From Candidatus Omnitrophota bacterium (GTDB lineage: Bacteria; Omnitrophota; Gorgyraeia; B26-G9; JBDRCZ01), in contig JBDRCZ010000056.1 in assembly GCA_043821285.1 (NCBI GenBank), positions 792 to 64,791 on the forward strand: a stretch of 64,000 nucleotides of DNA, given 5' to 3'. The notes beneath the pieces are model-generated. The model did no database searches. It was not told the DNA's origin and was given only the letters and a program-made list of their open reading frames with translations. The position numbers and the translations under genes are program-made. Below are positions 1 to 11,439 of this stretch, piece by piece; the first letter of the stretch is position 1, and each line of letters opens with the position of its first letter.

Positions 1-305
1 TAACCCCGGGAGAGCCAACAAGTAAAATTAATTTTAATCTTACGGCAGAACAAGCAAAAAGATATTACCGGTTGATAATAAAGGCAATAAGTGTAGATAC
101 AAGTAAAAAAGGCTATGTCAAATTTGCCGTGTTGTTAAACGACAACAAGCTGGCTGAATATAATGCATCGTACTGGCAGGGGCAAAGATTTAATATACCA
201 ATGCATGAACATTTACAAACAGGTAGAAATACAGTTAGTTTAGAGTGGTTAGACGGAGGAGATTGGATCAGCTGGGATTATCTGGAATTTATTCAGGATA
301 ATTAA
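1..305 (+). CDS. hypothetical protein, C-terminal part (gene starts upstream of the window)
   Basis: Frame is open from base 3 to the stop at 303-305. No recognisable family. Confidence 0.4.
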   Translation, partial: TPGEPTSKINFNLTAEQAKRYYRLIIKAISVDTSKKGYVKFAVLLNDNKLAEYNASYWQGQRFNIPMHEHLQTGRNTVSLEWLDGGDWISWDYLEFIQDN

Positions 306-329
306 ACGTAGACGGAATGGGGTTTAGTT

Positions 330-472
330 GGTTGATGTTGAATTTGAGTATTCCCAGTGGGTTGATAGAGGGTGATCTTTTGGAGGGAAAGTTTGAAAAC
401 CTTAGGTTTTCATATGACAAGCTGGATGAACCAAAACATTCCTTTATTATTTTTTTAGTTTTGGTTCATTCA
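330..472. repeat. Composite intergenic repeat with TTGAAAACC-N3-GGTTTTCA palindrome (392-412) and 12-bp inverted repeat TGAACCAAAAC/GTTTTGGTTCA (426-471); family B copy B1
   Basis: Sequence gagtattcccagtgg...gtttgaaaaccttaggttttcatatgacaagctggatgaacc recurs at 9439-9735 and 53844-53893. Confidence 0.6.
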
Positions 473-491
473 GGTTGAAGGAGGTTAACTG

Positions 492-1091
492 ATGCAAGAA
501 AGAGCACAGATTCTTGTTCCAATGGTTGTCGAGCAGACCAGCCGCGGGGAGCGGGCTTATGATATATATTCCCGTCTCCTGAAAGACCGAATTGTGTTTA
601 TCGGTACGGCGATTGATGATAATGTGGCAAATTTAGTTATTGCCCAACTGCTATTTTTACAAATGGAAGATCCGGATAAGAATATTAATGTTTATATCAA
701 TTCACCCGGGGGAATTGTAACCGCCGGGCTGGCAATTTATGATACGATGCAGTTTGTAAAATGTGAGGTTAATACTTATTGTGTTGGCCAGGCCGCGAGC
801 ATGGGAGCGGTGCTGCTTGCCGCAGGCAGGAAAAATAAACGGTATGTCCTTCCGCATGCCCGGGTGATGATCCACCAGCCATGGGGCGGAGTGCAGGGAC
901 AGGCTGCGGATATTAGTATTCAGGCAAAGGAAATCTTAAAGCTGCGTGACCGGATTAATGATATTATTGTCAAACATACCGGCCAGTCGCTGGATAAGGT
1001 GCAAAAAGATACGGATCGTGATTTTTATATGAGTGCAGAAGAGGCAAAAAAATATGGGCTGGTGGATGAAGTGATAACGGTAATGAAGTAG
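492..1091 (+). CDS. clpP: ATP-dependent Clp protease proteolytic subunit
   Basis: Strong ClpP motifs ([16 protein letters not shown], active-site context [16 protein letters not shown]). RBS gaaggagg precedes the ATG. Confidence 0.95.
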   Translation: MQERAQILVPMVVEQTSRGERAYDIYSRLLKDRIVFIGTAIDDNVANLVIAQLLFLQMEDPDKNINVYINSPGGIVTAGLAIYDTMQFVKCEVNTYCVGQAASMGAVLLAAGRKNKRYVLPHARVMIHQPWGGVQGQAADISIQAKEILKLRDRINDIIVKHTGQSLDKVQKDTDRDFYMSAEEAKKYGLVDEVITVMK

Positions 1092-1110
1092 TTTGTAGTG
1101 AAAAATCGGA

Positions 1111-1189
1111 AAGCAACCACAGATTACGCAGATTGCTCAGATAGTTATAAAGATTTCAGGAAAAAATCTGAGTTAATCTGTGGTTGCTT
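1111..1189. repeat. Family A element: perfect 14-bp inverted repeat AAGCAACCACAGAT/ATCTGTGGTTGCTT enclosing tandem CAGAT 9-mers
   Basis: aaccacagattacgcagattgctcagat motif. Related copies at 3971-4006, 24649-24685, 36581-36620, 40063-40093(-) and 42633-42665. Confidence 0.65.
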
Positions 1190-1218
1190 TAAAAGTACAA
1201 GTAATTTTTGACAGAAGC
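1188..1218 (+). promoter_or_regulatory. Conserved upstream motif TTAAAAGTAC-N10-TTTTGACAGAAGCC (promoter-like)
   Basis: Near-identical motif at 4018-4049 and 40093-40124, each about 20-25 bp upstream of an RBS. Confidence 0.4.
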
Positions 1219-1241
1219 CTGTAATGAAAGAGGAGGATGTA

Positions 1242-2384
1242 ATGCAGAAAAATTATTTAATGACCCCCGGGCCGACACCTGTACCACCGGAAGTTTTAAC
1301 CGCAATGGCTCGTCCGATTATTCATCATCGTACGCCGCAATACGAAAAAATTTTTAAGGAAGTTAATGATAATTTGAAATATGTATTTAGAACGACAAAC
1401 GATATCTTGACGTTTGCCAGTTCCGGGACCGGCGCAATGGAGGCGGCGGTAGTAAATCTTCTAAGCCGCAGTGATAAAGTCTTGGTAATTAGCGGCGGGA
1501 AATTTGGCCAGCGCTGGGCGGAGATTTGTAATACTTATTCGTTAGATGTAAAAATTATTGATGTTCCCTGCGGTGATAGCGTGGACCCCGGTGAAGTGAA
1601 AGCATACCTTGATAAATGTCCAGATATAAAAGTTGTTTTTACCACTTATTGCGAAACATCAACCGGCGCAGTAACCGATATCCAGAGGATTTCCCAGATT
1701 CTCAAGAATACCCAGGCAATTATTGTTGTAGATGCGATAAGTGCGTTCGCCGGTATGGAGCTGTTAACAGACGAGTGGGGAATTGATGTTGTTGTAGTGG
1801 GTTCACAAAAGGGACTGATGATTCCCCCGGGGCTTAGTTTTTGTTCAGTGAGTAAAAAGGCATGGGAGCGGGTAAGTACTTCTAAACTGCCGAAATATTA
1901 CTTTGACTTTAAGCGGGCGAAAAAGGCCCTGGATAAAAATACAACCGCATATACCCCGGCAATAAGTTTAACGGTTGCATTGAATGAGGCCTTAAAAATC
2001 ATAAAAACAGAAGGATTAGAGAATGCATTGTTGCGCCATAAGATGTTAGCGCGTGCCTGCCGCCGGGCAATGAATACTTTAAATCTTCAGATTTTTGCAA
2101 AGAACCCGGCCGATGTCGTTACCTCAGTAAAGGTTCCAGAAGGCATTGATGGTGCAAAATTAGTAAAAACTATGCGGGAAAAATATGGTGTTTCTATTGC
2201 CGGGGGACAAGAAGAATTAAAAGGTAAAATTTTTCGAATTGCCCATATGGGGTATATGGATAAATTTGATTTGGTTGTTGCGGTATCATGTTTGGAAATT
2301 GTTTTATCTGAGCTGGGGTATAAAATAGAGTTTGGCCAGGGCGTGGGGGCGTTAGAGGAAGTTTTTAAGGAGGTTCAAAAGTGA
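1242..2384 (+). CDS. Class V (AGXT/SerC-like) aminotransferase, probably phosphoserine aminotransferase
   Basis: PLP class-V fold motifs. Translationally coupled to serA (GTGA overlap). RBS agaggagg lies before the ATG at 1242; the ORF is open from 1224. Confidence 0.8.
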   Translation: MQKNYLMTPGPTPVPPEVLTAMARPIIHHRTPQYEKIFKEVNDNLKYVFRTTNDILTFASSGTGAMEAAVVNLLSRSDKVLVISGGKFGQRWAEICNTYSLDVKIIDVPCGDSVDPGEVKAYLDKCPDIKVVFTTYCETSTGAVTDIQRISQILKNTQAIIVVDAISAFAGMELLTDEWGIDVVVVGSQKGLMIPPGLSFCSVSKKAWERVSTSKLPKYYFDFKRAKKALDKNTTAYTPAISLTVALNEALKIIKTEGLENALLRHKMLARACRRAMNTLNLQIFAKNPADVVTSVKVPEGIDGAKLVKTMREKYGVSIAGGQEELKGKIFRIAHMGYMDKFDLVVAVSCLEIVLSELGYKIEFGQGVGALEEVFKEVQK

Positions 2385-3961
2385 AAATTTTGGTAACGGA
2401 TCCTATTTCAGAAGAAGGTTTGAATATTTTAAAACAAGAAAAAGATGTGGATGTTGATATAAAATTAAATCCGCCGGCGGAGGAGTTAAAAAAGATTATC
2501 GCTGATTATGATGCTTGGATATTACGCAGCGGCACAAAGGTCACAAAAGATATTATTGACGCCGCGGTAAAACTTCGCGTTATCGGACGTGCCGGTGTCG
2601 GGCTGGATAATGTGGACTCTGAGGCGGCAACTAAACGCGGCATAATTGTGATGAATACCCCAGGTGGCAATACCATCTCTACTGCGGAGCATACCATGAG
2701 TATGATGCTTGCTCTCTCGCGTAATATTCCTCAAGCAGATGCTTCGTTAAGATCCGGCCGCTGGGAGCGGAAAAAATTTACCGGGGTGGAGCTTTTTGGC
2801 AAAACTTTGGGAATTATTGGACTTGGACGTATTGGCCGGGAAGTGGCCAAGCGGGCGCTTTCTTTTAATATGAGAGTCGTTGCTTATGACCCGTTTCTTT
2901 CAAAAGAGCGGACGAGTAAGCTTGAAATAGAATCGATTGATTTAGAAGAATTATTACAAATTTCTGATTATATAACGACTCATACACCACTTACCCAGGA
3001 TACAAAACATCTCATAAGCCAGACAGCGTTTAAAATGATGAAAAAAGGGGTAAAGATTGTAAATTGTGCCCGGGGGGGAATTGTTGATGAAAAAGCGCTT
3101 TATGAGGCAATAAAAGAGGGTATTGTCTCCGGGGCGGCATTAGACGTGTTTGAAAAGGAACCGCCAAATGATAACTGCTTACTTAAACTCGAAAATGTTA
3201 TTGTTACTCCGCATCTTGGTGCTTCAACCGAAGAAGCGCAGATAAATGTTTCTGTCGAGGTCTGCCGTCAGGTGGTTGATGCACTTGTGGGAAGATGTGT
3301 ACGGAATGCAGTTAATTTTCCCTGTCTTGAGCCGGAAGTATTCAAAGTAATCGGGCCATATTTAAATCTTGCGGAAAAATTGGGACTGCTTCAGGCACAG
3401 CTCCTTGCCGGCCGGATAACGCGTGTGGATATAAAATATTGCGGCGATATTATTAACCATGACCTTGCGGTATTGACAATTGCGATCATTAAAGGATTAC
3501 TTGCACCAATATTGCAGGAGACGGTTAATTTTGTGAATGCCCCGGTAATTGCCAAAGAACGCCGGATTGAAATTGTTGAATCAAAAACATCGGAAGTGGA
3601 AGATTTTGCAAATTTAATTTCTATTGATGTATCAACCGATCGCGGAAAAAATTCGGTCGTCGGAACGCTGTTTACAAGAAACGACCCGCGCATTGTTAAA
3701 ATTAATGAGTTCTATATTGATGCCGTACCCAGCGGGTATATGCTGGTTATTGCTAATATCGATAAACCAGGGATTGTTGGTAAGATCGGGACTTTTCTTG
3801 GTGATAACAATATTAATATTGCCGGGATGAATTTTGGCCGTCAAAGTCCAGGCGGTAAGGCGATAACCGTTCTGAATATTGACAGCCCCCTGACGGAAGA
3901 GATGCTGTCTCAGGTAAAATCTATGCCGCATATTCATGATGCGAAAATTGTTAAATTGTAA
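2381..3961 (+). CDS. serA: D-3-phosphoglycerate dehydrogenase with C-terminal ACT domain
   Basis: 2-hydroxyacid dehydrogenase NAD-binding motif GIIGLGRIGREVA and catalytic region. 526-aa long form. Confidence 0.9.
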   Translation: MKILVTDPISEEGLNILKQEKDVDVDIKLNPPAEELKKIIADYDAWILRSGTKVTKDIIDAAVKLRVIGRAGVGLDNVDSEAATKRGIIVMNTPGGNTISTAEHTMSMMLALSRNIPQADASLRSGRWERKKFTGVELFGKTLGIIGLGRIGREVAKRALSFNMRVVAYDPFLSKERTSKLEIESIDLEELLQISDYITTHTPLTQDTKHLISQTAFKMMKKGVKIVNCARGGIVDEKALYEAIKEGIVSGAALDVFEKEPPNDNCLLKLENVIVTPHLGASTEEAQINVSVEVCRQVVDALVGRCVRNAVNFPCLEPEVFKVIGPYLNLAEKLGLLQAQLLAGRITRVDIKYCGDIINHDLAVLTIAIIKGLLAPILQETVNFVNAPVIAKERRIEIVESKTSEVEDFANLISIDVSTDRGKNSVVGTLFTRNDPRIVKINEFYIDAVPSGYMLVIANIDKPGIVGKIGTFLGDNNINIAGMNFGRQSPGGKAITVLNIDSPLTEEMLSQVKSMPHIHDAKIVKL

Positions 3962-3970
3962 AACCTAAAT

Positions 3971-4006
3971 GCAACCACAGATTATACAGATTACGCAGAT
4001 GGTTGT
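3971..4006. repeat. Family A element (aaccacagattatacagattacgcagatggttg)
   Basis: CAACCA...TGGTTG inverted repeat around CAGAT units. Followed by the conserved TTAAAAG...TTTGACAGAACC motif at 4018-4049. Confidence 0.6.
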
Positions 4007-4017
4007 TTTGAAAACAA

Positions 4018-4049
4018 ATTTAAAAGTACCGGTGGTATTTGACAGAACC
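4018..4049 (+). promoter_or_regulatory. Conserved upstream motif TTTAAAAGTACC-N8-TTTGACAGAACC
   Basis: Same motif as 1188-1218 and 40093-40124. RBS gggaggaagg downstream. Confidence 0.4.
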
Positions 4050-4074
4050 TAAAATCAGGGAGGAAGGTTATACG

Positions 4075-5316
4075 ATGGCAAAAAAAAGAAATAAGATATA
4101 CATTGTGGATGTAACTAATCGTGACGGGGTGCAGACTTCCCGCATTTGCCTTTCTAAATTACAAAAGACAATGCTCAATATATTTTTAAATGAAATGGGC
4201 ATATTTCAGAGTGAATTTGGATTTCCCGTAACGAAACACGAAAAAAACTATTTGAATGCAAATTTGAAACTGGCGAAGATCGGGGTGATTAATAAAACAC
4301 GTCTCAGCGGCTGGATACGGGCAACAGTTGAGGATGTATTGGCTGCTTTTAAAAATGCGCCTGATCTCCAACATCTTAATTTATCAATATCTACGTCTGA
4401 TCAGATGATTATTCATAAATTTCGGGGTAAATTAGATCATTTATCGGTAATTACGGGAATGGAACATGCCGTGAAGCATGCGATTAAAATGGGGGCAAAG
4501 AGTGTTGGGGTAAATGCGGAAGATGCCTCGCGTACCGATATTAATTATTTAATAAAATTTGCCAAAGCTGCGGAGGCCGCCGGGGCAGAGAGAATTCGTT
4601 ATTGTGATACATTGGGCTATGAAACTCCTTTTAGCATTTATGAACGAATTAAACAGCTTGTAAATAATGTAAAAATTTCCGTAGAAATACATTGCCATAA
4701 TGATTTAGGAATGGCCGTAGCAAATTCTATTGCCGGGGCAAAGGCGGCTATTGATAACGGGGTGGATGCTTATATAAATACCTGTATAAATGGGGTAGGT
4801 GAGAGAGCCGGTAATGCAGATTTAGTCAGCGTGATTCTGGCATTAAAATATGCCGCTGGTTTTAATGATTATACGTTGGATGAAAGGGTAAATTTGAAGG
4901 TTGCCTGGAGGATTTCCAAGTATGCCTCATACGCCTTTGGCGTACCTATTCCGATAAACCAGCCAGGGGTAGGCGCAAATGCATTTGCTCATGAATCAGG
5001 TATCCACGCCGACGGTGCGCTTAAAGACCGCAGGAATTATGAATTATTTGATTATGAAGAATTAGGAAGGGGAGAGCAGGAAATAATTGAAACCGGCAGA
5101 AAAATAACGGCTGGTGAATATAGCGGGATTAAAGGATTTCGTAATGTTTATGAAAAATTACAGATTTCATTTAAAAATGACAAACAGGCCGCAAAGATTT
5201 TAGACTTAGTGCGTTATGCGAACGTTCATAACCAGAAACCGTTGGTTAAGACCGAATTAATGTTTATTGCCAAATATCCTGATATTGCTCAACAAATTTT
5301 TACGATGACGCCATAA
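4075..5316 (+). CDS. HMGL-like 2-isopropylmalate / homocitrate / citramalate synthase family protein (short form lacking the LeuA regulatory domain)
   Basis: DVTNRDGVQT and HxHNDLGMAVANS motifs, GERAGNA. RBS before the ATG at 4075 (ORF open from 4039). Confidence 0.75.
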   Translation: MAKKRNKIYIVDVTNRDGVQTSRICLSKLQKTMLNIFLNEMGIFQSEFGFPVTKHEKNYLNANLKLAKIGVINKTRLSGWIRATVEDVLAAFKNAPDLQHLNLSISTSDQMIIHKFRGKLDHLSVITGMEHAVKHAIKMGAKSVGVNAEDASRTDINYLIKFAKAAEAAGAERIRYCDTLGYETPFSIYERIKQLVNNVKISVEIHCHNDLGMAVANSIAGAKAAIDNGVDAYINTCINGVGERAGNADLVSVILALKYAAGFNDYTLDERVNLKVAWRISKYASYAFGVPIPINQPGVGANAFAHESGIHADGALKDRRNYELFDYEELGRGEQEIIETGRKITAGEYSGIKGFRNVYEKLQISFKNDKQAAKILDLVRYANVHNQKPLVKTELMFIAKYPDIAQQIFTMTP

Positions 5317-5448
5317 ACGGCAAAAAGTGTTAAAAAGTGACAATTGACGAAAACAGAATGACGTGCCAAACAACACGGCGGGCAGGTGAGAAAATAAAAA
5401 TTAACAATGATAGTCAAGGTGATGGAAATTTTTTAGGAGGGGGTTGAG

Positions 5449-7293
5449 ATGAGAAAGGTAATATATTTTCTTTTGACTTTAGGGTTTATTTTTACAAGCA
5501 GCGTTGTATATGGGCAGTCAACAATTATAAAAGAAGTTAAGTCGGATGATTTAGGCACATCTGTTCGGGTATCATTAGTTACAAACAGCTATACAACGGT
5601 AGAATATTATGATATTGCTACTCCTCCGCAGATTGTGATTGATTTTATTGGAAATGTTTTTACAAATTTGCGCGATGCACAAATAATAGATAATGAACCG
5701 ATAAAACAGATTCGTTTTGTCAAAGGAACGGAGACGGCCGGGGATTTGGATGATTCTTATTATGCCGTTGATTTTATAATTATTGACATGGAACAGCCAA
5801 AACCTTATGAATTTTTTCATGGTCAGAATGTTGTAAGCGTTGAAGTAAAAAAGGCAAAACCGCGCAGTAACATAGAAAGAGTTTCAAAATTGCCGGTGTC
5901 AGAAATAACTACACCTGAGATGAGAAAACCCGTAGAGCCAGAACTACTTTTGCCAGTTGAAGAAGAAGCTGTGGGGGGGGCGCCAGCCTTAAGGCAGGAA
6001 AAGACGGAAAACGAGATAACTCTGCCGCTACTGCCGGCAATCGAAGAGCCGGTAGAGGAGTTGCCCAGAGAAGGAATGATCAAAAAGAGCTGGAGTAGTG
6101 TAAGTAGCGGAACAAAATCTATCGGCAGAAATATATGGAGAGGAGCAGCTTCAATCGGCCGGGGAGTAAAAAAAATATTTGCTTTACCTAAAATGGGAAA
6201 AAAAGTTAAGAAAAGAGAGGTTAAACAGGAGAAGGAAGATGGTCATGGATATAAAAATTCTCAGGCCGGCTTAGCAGCAGCAATAGAGGAAAAAAATAAA
6301 GCAGAAGCGTTACTTAAAAAAGCAGTGGATGATTATATGCTTGCACAGGCAGAACTTGGAGAGGTAACAAAAACTCAACACCAGCCGGATGAAAAATTTG
6401 ACATGGTGGAAAAAGAAGCAATGGATGCACAACAGGAACTGGCGGCTGCGGTAGAAGAAGAAAAAAAAGTAAAAGAGGAAGTAGAAAATATCTCTGAGCA
6501 ATATAAGGCAGCAAAGAAAGAATTAAATCTGGCAATATCCAAACAGCTTGATGTGGAAGAATTAGAGAGATTAAAGACTAAGTACGAAAATAAAAAACAG
6601 GAATTCAATGCTGCGATAGCCCAGGCTAAATTAAGTAATAAAAAAGTAAAAGAAAAAACTAATCTGAATAAACAAAAACAGCAAGCATTAAAGTCACAAA
6701 CTAGAGATGACCAGTCTCGATCTGATGCTTTAAAAAAGGCCCGGACAAATTTGGAATTAGCCAAAGATAAAATGGAACGGATGATCGTTGAAGTAAAGAA
6801 ATCGGAAATAAAAGTATCAACAGCAAAAAGGGAATATGGGGCCTGGCAGTTAAGAAAAAGCAAAAAGTCTTTAGCAAATGAATATGTTGAAAAGCCTCAT
6901 TTACCGGAAAAACCAGAGATAACCTGTGAGTCAGCAAGAAATTTGCGCAATAAAGGGTTTGAGGCACAGAGCCGGGGAGATTTGGATCAAGCAGTCCGTT
7001 ACTATCAAGAGGCAATACTTGCGGATTCCACATATCCTGACCCGCATAATGATTTAGGCATTGTTTACGAACAGAAAGGATGGCGAGATCGAGCAAAAGG
7101 AGAATATTTAACCGTATTAAAGATTGCCCCGGATTACATAAAGGCTTATTCCAATTTAGCTCTTTTGTACGAACAGGAAGGCAATATTGAAAAAGCAATA
7201 TATTATTGGCAGGAACGGGTCAGGCTGGGAAATCCTGGAGACAAGTGGACAGAAGTTGCGAGAAAAAGAATGGAAGAGTTAAAAGAAAGGTAA
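5449..7293 (+). CDS. Secreted AMIN-domain / coiled-coil / TPR-repeat protein
   Basis: Signal peptide. AMIN-like N-domain, long K/E-rich coiled coil and C-terminal TPR repeats. Confidence 0.6.
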   Translation: MRKVIYFLLTLGFIFTSSVVYGQSTIIKEVKSDDLGTSVRVSLVTNSYTTVEYYDIATPPQIVIDFIGNVFTNLRDAQIIDNEPIKQIRFVKGTETAGDLDDSYYAVDFIIIDMEQPKPYEFFHGQNVVSVEVKKAKPRSNIERVSKLPVSEITTPEMRKPVEPELLLPVEEEAVGGAPALRQEKTENEITLPLLPAIEEPVEELPREGMIKKSWSSVSSGTKSIGRNIWRGAASIGRGVKKIFALPKMGKKVKKREVKQEKEDGHGYKNSQAGLAAAIEEKNKAEALLKKAVDDYMLAQAELGEVTKTQHQPDEKFDMVEKEAMDAQQELAAAVEEEKKVKEEVENISEQYKAAKKELNLAISKQLDVEELERLKTKYENKKQEFNAAIAQAKLSNKKVKEKTNLNKQKQQALKSQTRDDQSRSDALKKARTNLELAKDKMERMIVEVKKSEIKVSTAKREYGAWQLRKSKKSLANEYVEKPHLPEKPEITCESARNLRNKGFEAQSRGDLDQAVRYYQEAILADSTYPDPHNDLGIVYEQKGWRDRAKGEYLTVLKIAPDYIKAYSNLALLYEQEGNIEKAIYYWQERVRLGNPGDKWTEVARKRMEELKER

Positions 7294-8589
<1,296 letters not shown>

Positions 8590-8624
8590 AAAAAATTCCT
8601 ATACTTTGACGATCCCTTCTCCAC

Positions 8625-8745
8625 AATGCATTGGCGGATCTTCGATGCAGCAAGACGACAGGGTATTACGCTTAGGTGATGCGGCTGCAGCACCGGAAAT
8701 TTTTTTATATAATGAAAACCTGCGGTTTTCAACCTTTCCCTCCAT
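8625..8745 (-). repeat. Composite repeat (family B palindrome tgaaaacctgcggttttca at 8713-8732 plus family C CGAAGATCCGCC module), minus orientation
   Basis: The reverse complement is about 85 percent identical over roughly 120 bp to 57227-57345. Confidence 0.65.
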
Positions 8746-8799
8746 AATGTTACTTGCTGGTAAGACCACAGGAAGTAAACAGGTTCATGTTGAAAGACA

Positions 8800-9411
8800 A
8801 TGCTTATCTGGCGGTGGACACAGATGAAAAGATACAGATGTAGGATGTTAGATAATAAATATATATACGAGGTCATTTTTTTAGTTTGCTTTTTTCATTT
8901 TTCCAGTTTTTGTTTTTCAGCAAATGGAACGCAAGTGATTATTTTTGATGACAAAGTAGAAGCAGATGTATCTCTTCAGGGAGATGTTCGATGGAGTAAT
9001 GAAAGAAGATTTAGCGGGTTAAAGTCTTTATTTGTATCCGGGGATAGTATAAATAATAGTTTTTGTTTAGAGTTTTTGAAGCCACTGGATATTGGGGAAA
9101 GGGATAAAATTATCTGTCATGTGTATCTTCCCGCGCACAATTCACCCAAAGGAATAATGATTAAATTTGAAACCGACAATGGAGTAATTTCAGGGCTTTA
9201 CTGGGAAGGGATGCATGAGGTATTTAATGTCTCCGAGGGGCAGGCAATATATTATATGCAAAGGCTGCCGCAAATAGCTAGTTGGTCCGCTTTAGAGTTT
9301 AACGCCGATAGAGCAGAGATTAACAGTTCGCGGATTAAAAAGATAGAGTTTATCACTTTTGGCGGCGATGCTTACTGGGATAAGCTGGCGGTAGAGAGAG
9401 CGGTGGAATAA
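8800..9411 (+). CDS. hypothetical secreted protein
   Basis: Hydrophobic N-terminus. No recognisable family. Confidence 0.45.
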   Translation: MLIWRWTQMKRYRCRMLDNKYIYEVIFLVCFFHFSSFCFSANGTQVIIFDDKVEADVSLQGDVRWSNERRFSGLKSLFVSGDSINNSFCLEFLKPLDIGERDKIICHVYLPAHNSPKGIMIKFETDNGVISGLYWEGMHEVFNVSEGQAIYYMQRLPQIASWSALEFNADRAEINSSRIKKIEFITFGGDAYWDKLAVERAVE

Positions 9412-9438
9412 AAGCAGAGAGGTTTTACCGCGATTAAA

Positions 9439-9745
9439 CTTGAGTATTCCCTGTAGCTTGCTACAGGGTGATCTTAGGGATAGTCAAGCTTAAGGAAATT
9501 TTTTAACGTATTAGGAAACAATAAGATTATCAAACTGTGGATAACTTGGGATTTAGGGTATAGTTTGGTATATTTAACTTGGAATTCCCCGCCCCTTGGG
9601 GCGTGGGATGATATAAGAAATTCCTTATCGACGTAGCGAAGCGGAGCTGATCGTGATACCCCGCTGCTTGCGGCGGGGAGAGTTCATTGTTAAGGGAAGG
9701 TTTGAAAACCGTAGGTTTTTAAATGGATAAAAAGATTCCGAAGGA
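9439..9745. repeat. Composite intergenic repeat cluster (hairpin CCCTGTAGCTTGCTACAGGG, GC hairpins, palindrome TTGAAAACCGTAGGTTTTT at 9702-9720)
   Basis: Shares modules with 330-432, 57100-57420 and 63620-63692. Confidence 0.6.
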
Positions 9746-9768
9746 ATTTTTTTATTAACTAAATATTC

Positions 9769-9797
9769 TTGACTTTTATTATCAAGAGTGCTATATT
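9769..9797 (+). promoter_or_regulatory. Sigma-70-like promoter (TTGACT-N17-TATATT)
   Basis: Canonical hexamers and spacing about 15 bp upstream of the 9811 start. Confidence 0.4.
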
Positions 9798-9810
9798 TCA
9801 CAGATAAGGG

Positions 9811-10251
9811 ATGCAGAATATTATTTACCGATTTATCACCATTTTGATAATTTTATTAGTTTTTATTGTGCCGGATAGTATAGTTTTCGCCTGGGGCAGG
9901 CGGCCGCCGGATTTAATCAAAACTGAATCCGAAGGACCTATTCAACCGCGGATAGAAATAATTTTACCACCAAAAGAAACAATTAAAAAAGAAGAACATA
10001 ACTTATCTACGGCCGCACCCCAGCAGACGGATTTACCGCGGAATGTACTTGAAATACAAACCGCTTTAAAAAACGCCGGTTATGACCCCGGACCGCTTGA
10101 TGGGAAAATCGGCCCACAGACAAAAAATGCTACCCGGCAGTTTCAAAAAGAACATGAATTAGAAATTGACGGTAAAGCTGGCAAAAAGACCTGGTATAAA
10201 CTTAGAAATTTTTTAAGCATTGAAAAGGAGGGAATAAATGAAGGTTCATAA
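9811..10251 (+). CDS. Secreted protein with C-terminal peptidoglycan-binding (PG_binding_1) domain
   Basis: Signal peptide. LEIQTALKNAGYDPGPLDGKIGPQT...DGKAGKKTW motif. Paralog of 13228-13671. Confidence 0.6.
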   Translation: MQNIIYRFITILIILLVFIVPDSIVFAWGRRPPDLIKTESEGPIQPRIEIILPPKETIKKEEHNLSTAAPQQTDLPRNVLEIQTALKNAGYDPGPLDGKIGPQTKNATRQFQKEHELEIDGKAGKKTWYKLRNFLSIEKEGINEGS

Positions 10252-10912
10252 GATATTAATTATCTTCGGCATAATCAGCTTGATTAGTTTAAACGGTTGT
10301 TCTGTTATTTTACAGAAGAGACACCCGTCAGATCAAAAACGAATTGAAGAACTGGAACGATTGGCACGGGAAAAAGATCGCCAGGCGCAGGAATTGCTTC
10401 AAGCAAAGAGACAACTTGAGCGGAGCCTAAGAAAAGAAATTGAAAATAAAACACTAAGTTTGGACATGGCTGAGCGCGGGTTGATAATTACCTTTGTTGC
10501 CGAGGTTTTATTTGATTCTGGAAAGGCCGAGATTAAGACCGAGGCAAGGAAGTCCCTTGATGAGGTGGCGAAGGTATTAAACGAAACGGTTGCCGACCGG
10601 GATATTTCAATCGAGGGGCATACGGATAATGTTCCGATTAAGCACTCAGGCTGGAAATCGAATTGGGAGCTTTCTACTGCGCGGGCCGTCAGTGTGTTGC
10701 ATTATTTAGTAGACCAAAAGAATATTTTGCCGCAGCGGGTTTCTGCGACTGGTTATGGAGAACAGAAGCCAATCGCTTCCAATGACACAAAGGAGGGAAA
10801 AGCCAAGAATAGAAGAGTGGAAATTGTTATTTTACCGAAACAAGCAACCAGAATTCAGAAATTAGATGAACCTTCAGACCTTACGGGCAGCAGACCAATA
10901 TATAAAAAATAA
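10238..10912 (+). CDS. OmpA-family peptidoglycan-associated lipoprotein (MotB/Pal-like)
   Basis: Lipobox LNGC. OmpA C-like domain (GHTDNVP...NRRVEIVI). Confidence 0.8.
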   Translation: MKVHKILIIFGIISLISLNGCSVILQKRHPSDQKRIEELERLAREKDRQAQELLQAKRQLERSLRKEIENKTLSLDMAERGLIITFVAEVLFDSGKAEIKTEARKSLDEVAKVLNETVADRDISIEGHTDNVPIKHSGWKSNWELSTARAVSVLHYLVDQKNILPQRVSATGYGEQKPIASNDTKEGKAKNRRVEIVILPKQATRIQKLDEPSDLTGSRPIYKK

Positions 10913-10927
10913 AAAAAGGAGGAAGCG

Positions 10928-11356
10928 GTGGATATAATAAAAAAGAATAATCAAACACTAATCTGGCTGGCAATAGTGGTTATCCTTATTTTTATGATTG
11001 TTAGTGTCAATGCAGCAAAGTCAAGAGAAATAAATAAGCTAAAAGGCACACTTAATCAAAGACAGAATGAGAACTCTATAGTGCAGGGTAGACTAAATAA
11101 GATGATGGATTCGTATCAGAGCCATAAGCAGGCGGTCGATAAACTCGATGCAACGATCAAAGAACTGAAACTTGAGAACCAATCTCTGCTCATCGAACTT
11201 GACGGTTTTACCAAGGTAAAGGAAAAACTTGCCAACGAACTGATCATTAAAAATGATCTGGAAGAAAAAATTGCTCAACTTGAAAAACGGGTTATGGATT
11301 TGACCGAGCAATTAAAACAGTCAAAAGCGCAGATTTTCTCCTTGGAGCGAAAATAA
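10928..11356 (+). CDS. Membrane-anchored coiled-coil protein
   Basis: GTG start with RBS aaggagg. One TM helix followed by a heptad-repeat region. Confidence 0.45.
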   Translation: MDIIKKNNQTLIWLAIVVILIFMIVSVNAAKSREINKLKGTLNQRQNENSIVQGRLNKMMDSYQSHKQAVDKLDATIKELKLENQSLLIELDGFTKVKEKLANELIIKNDLEEKIAQLEKRVMDLTEQLKQSKAQIFSLERK

Positions 11357-11399
11357 TATTAGTAATTTTTTTTTAAAAAAATTCTTCACATTTTTCGTA

Positions 11400-11439
11400 G
11401 ATGAATCTACCCTGCTTCGTATGTCAGGGTAGATTCATT
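11400..11439. terminator. Perfect 12-15 bp inverted repeat hairpin (GATGAATCTACCCTG / CAGGGTAGATTCATT), possible terminator or regulatory hairpin before purC
   Basis: Followed by a TTTTGT run and then the purC RBS about 5 nt later. Confidence 0.4.

Noticed and set aside
1188-1218. Sigma-54 promoter interpretation of the TTTTGACAGAACC motif
   Set aside because: A -24 GG / -12 GC spacing (TGGCAC-N5-TTGCA) cannot be fitted to any of the copies.
2506-3937. Minus-strand ORFs inside serA (2506-2734, 3391-3693, 3632-3937) and the plus-strand 3624-3830 ORF
   Set aside because: They lie fully inside a well-supported serA reading frame, have low-complexity translations, and have no RBS. They are antisense artefacts.
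5575-7198. Several minus-strand ORFs (5575-5820, 5823-6083, 6310-6863, 6701-7198) opposite the AMIN/TPR gene
   Set aside because: They are produced by the A/G-rich coiled-coil codons of the plus-strand gene. Translations are S/F/L-rich low complexity. Not genes.
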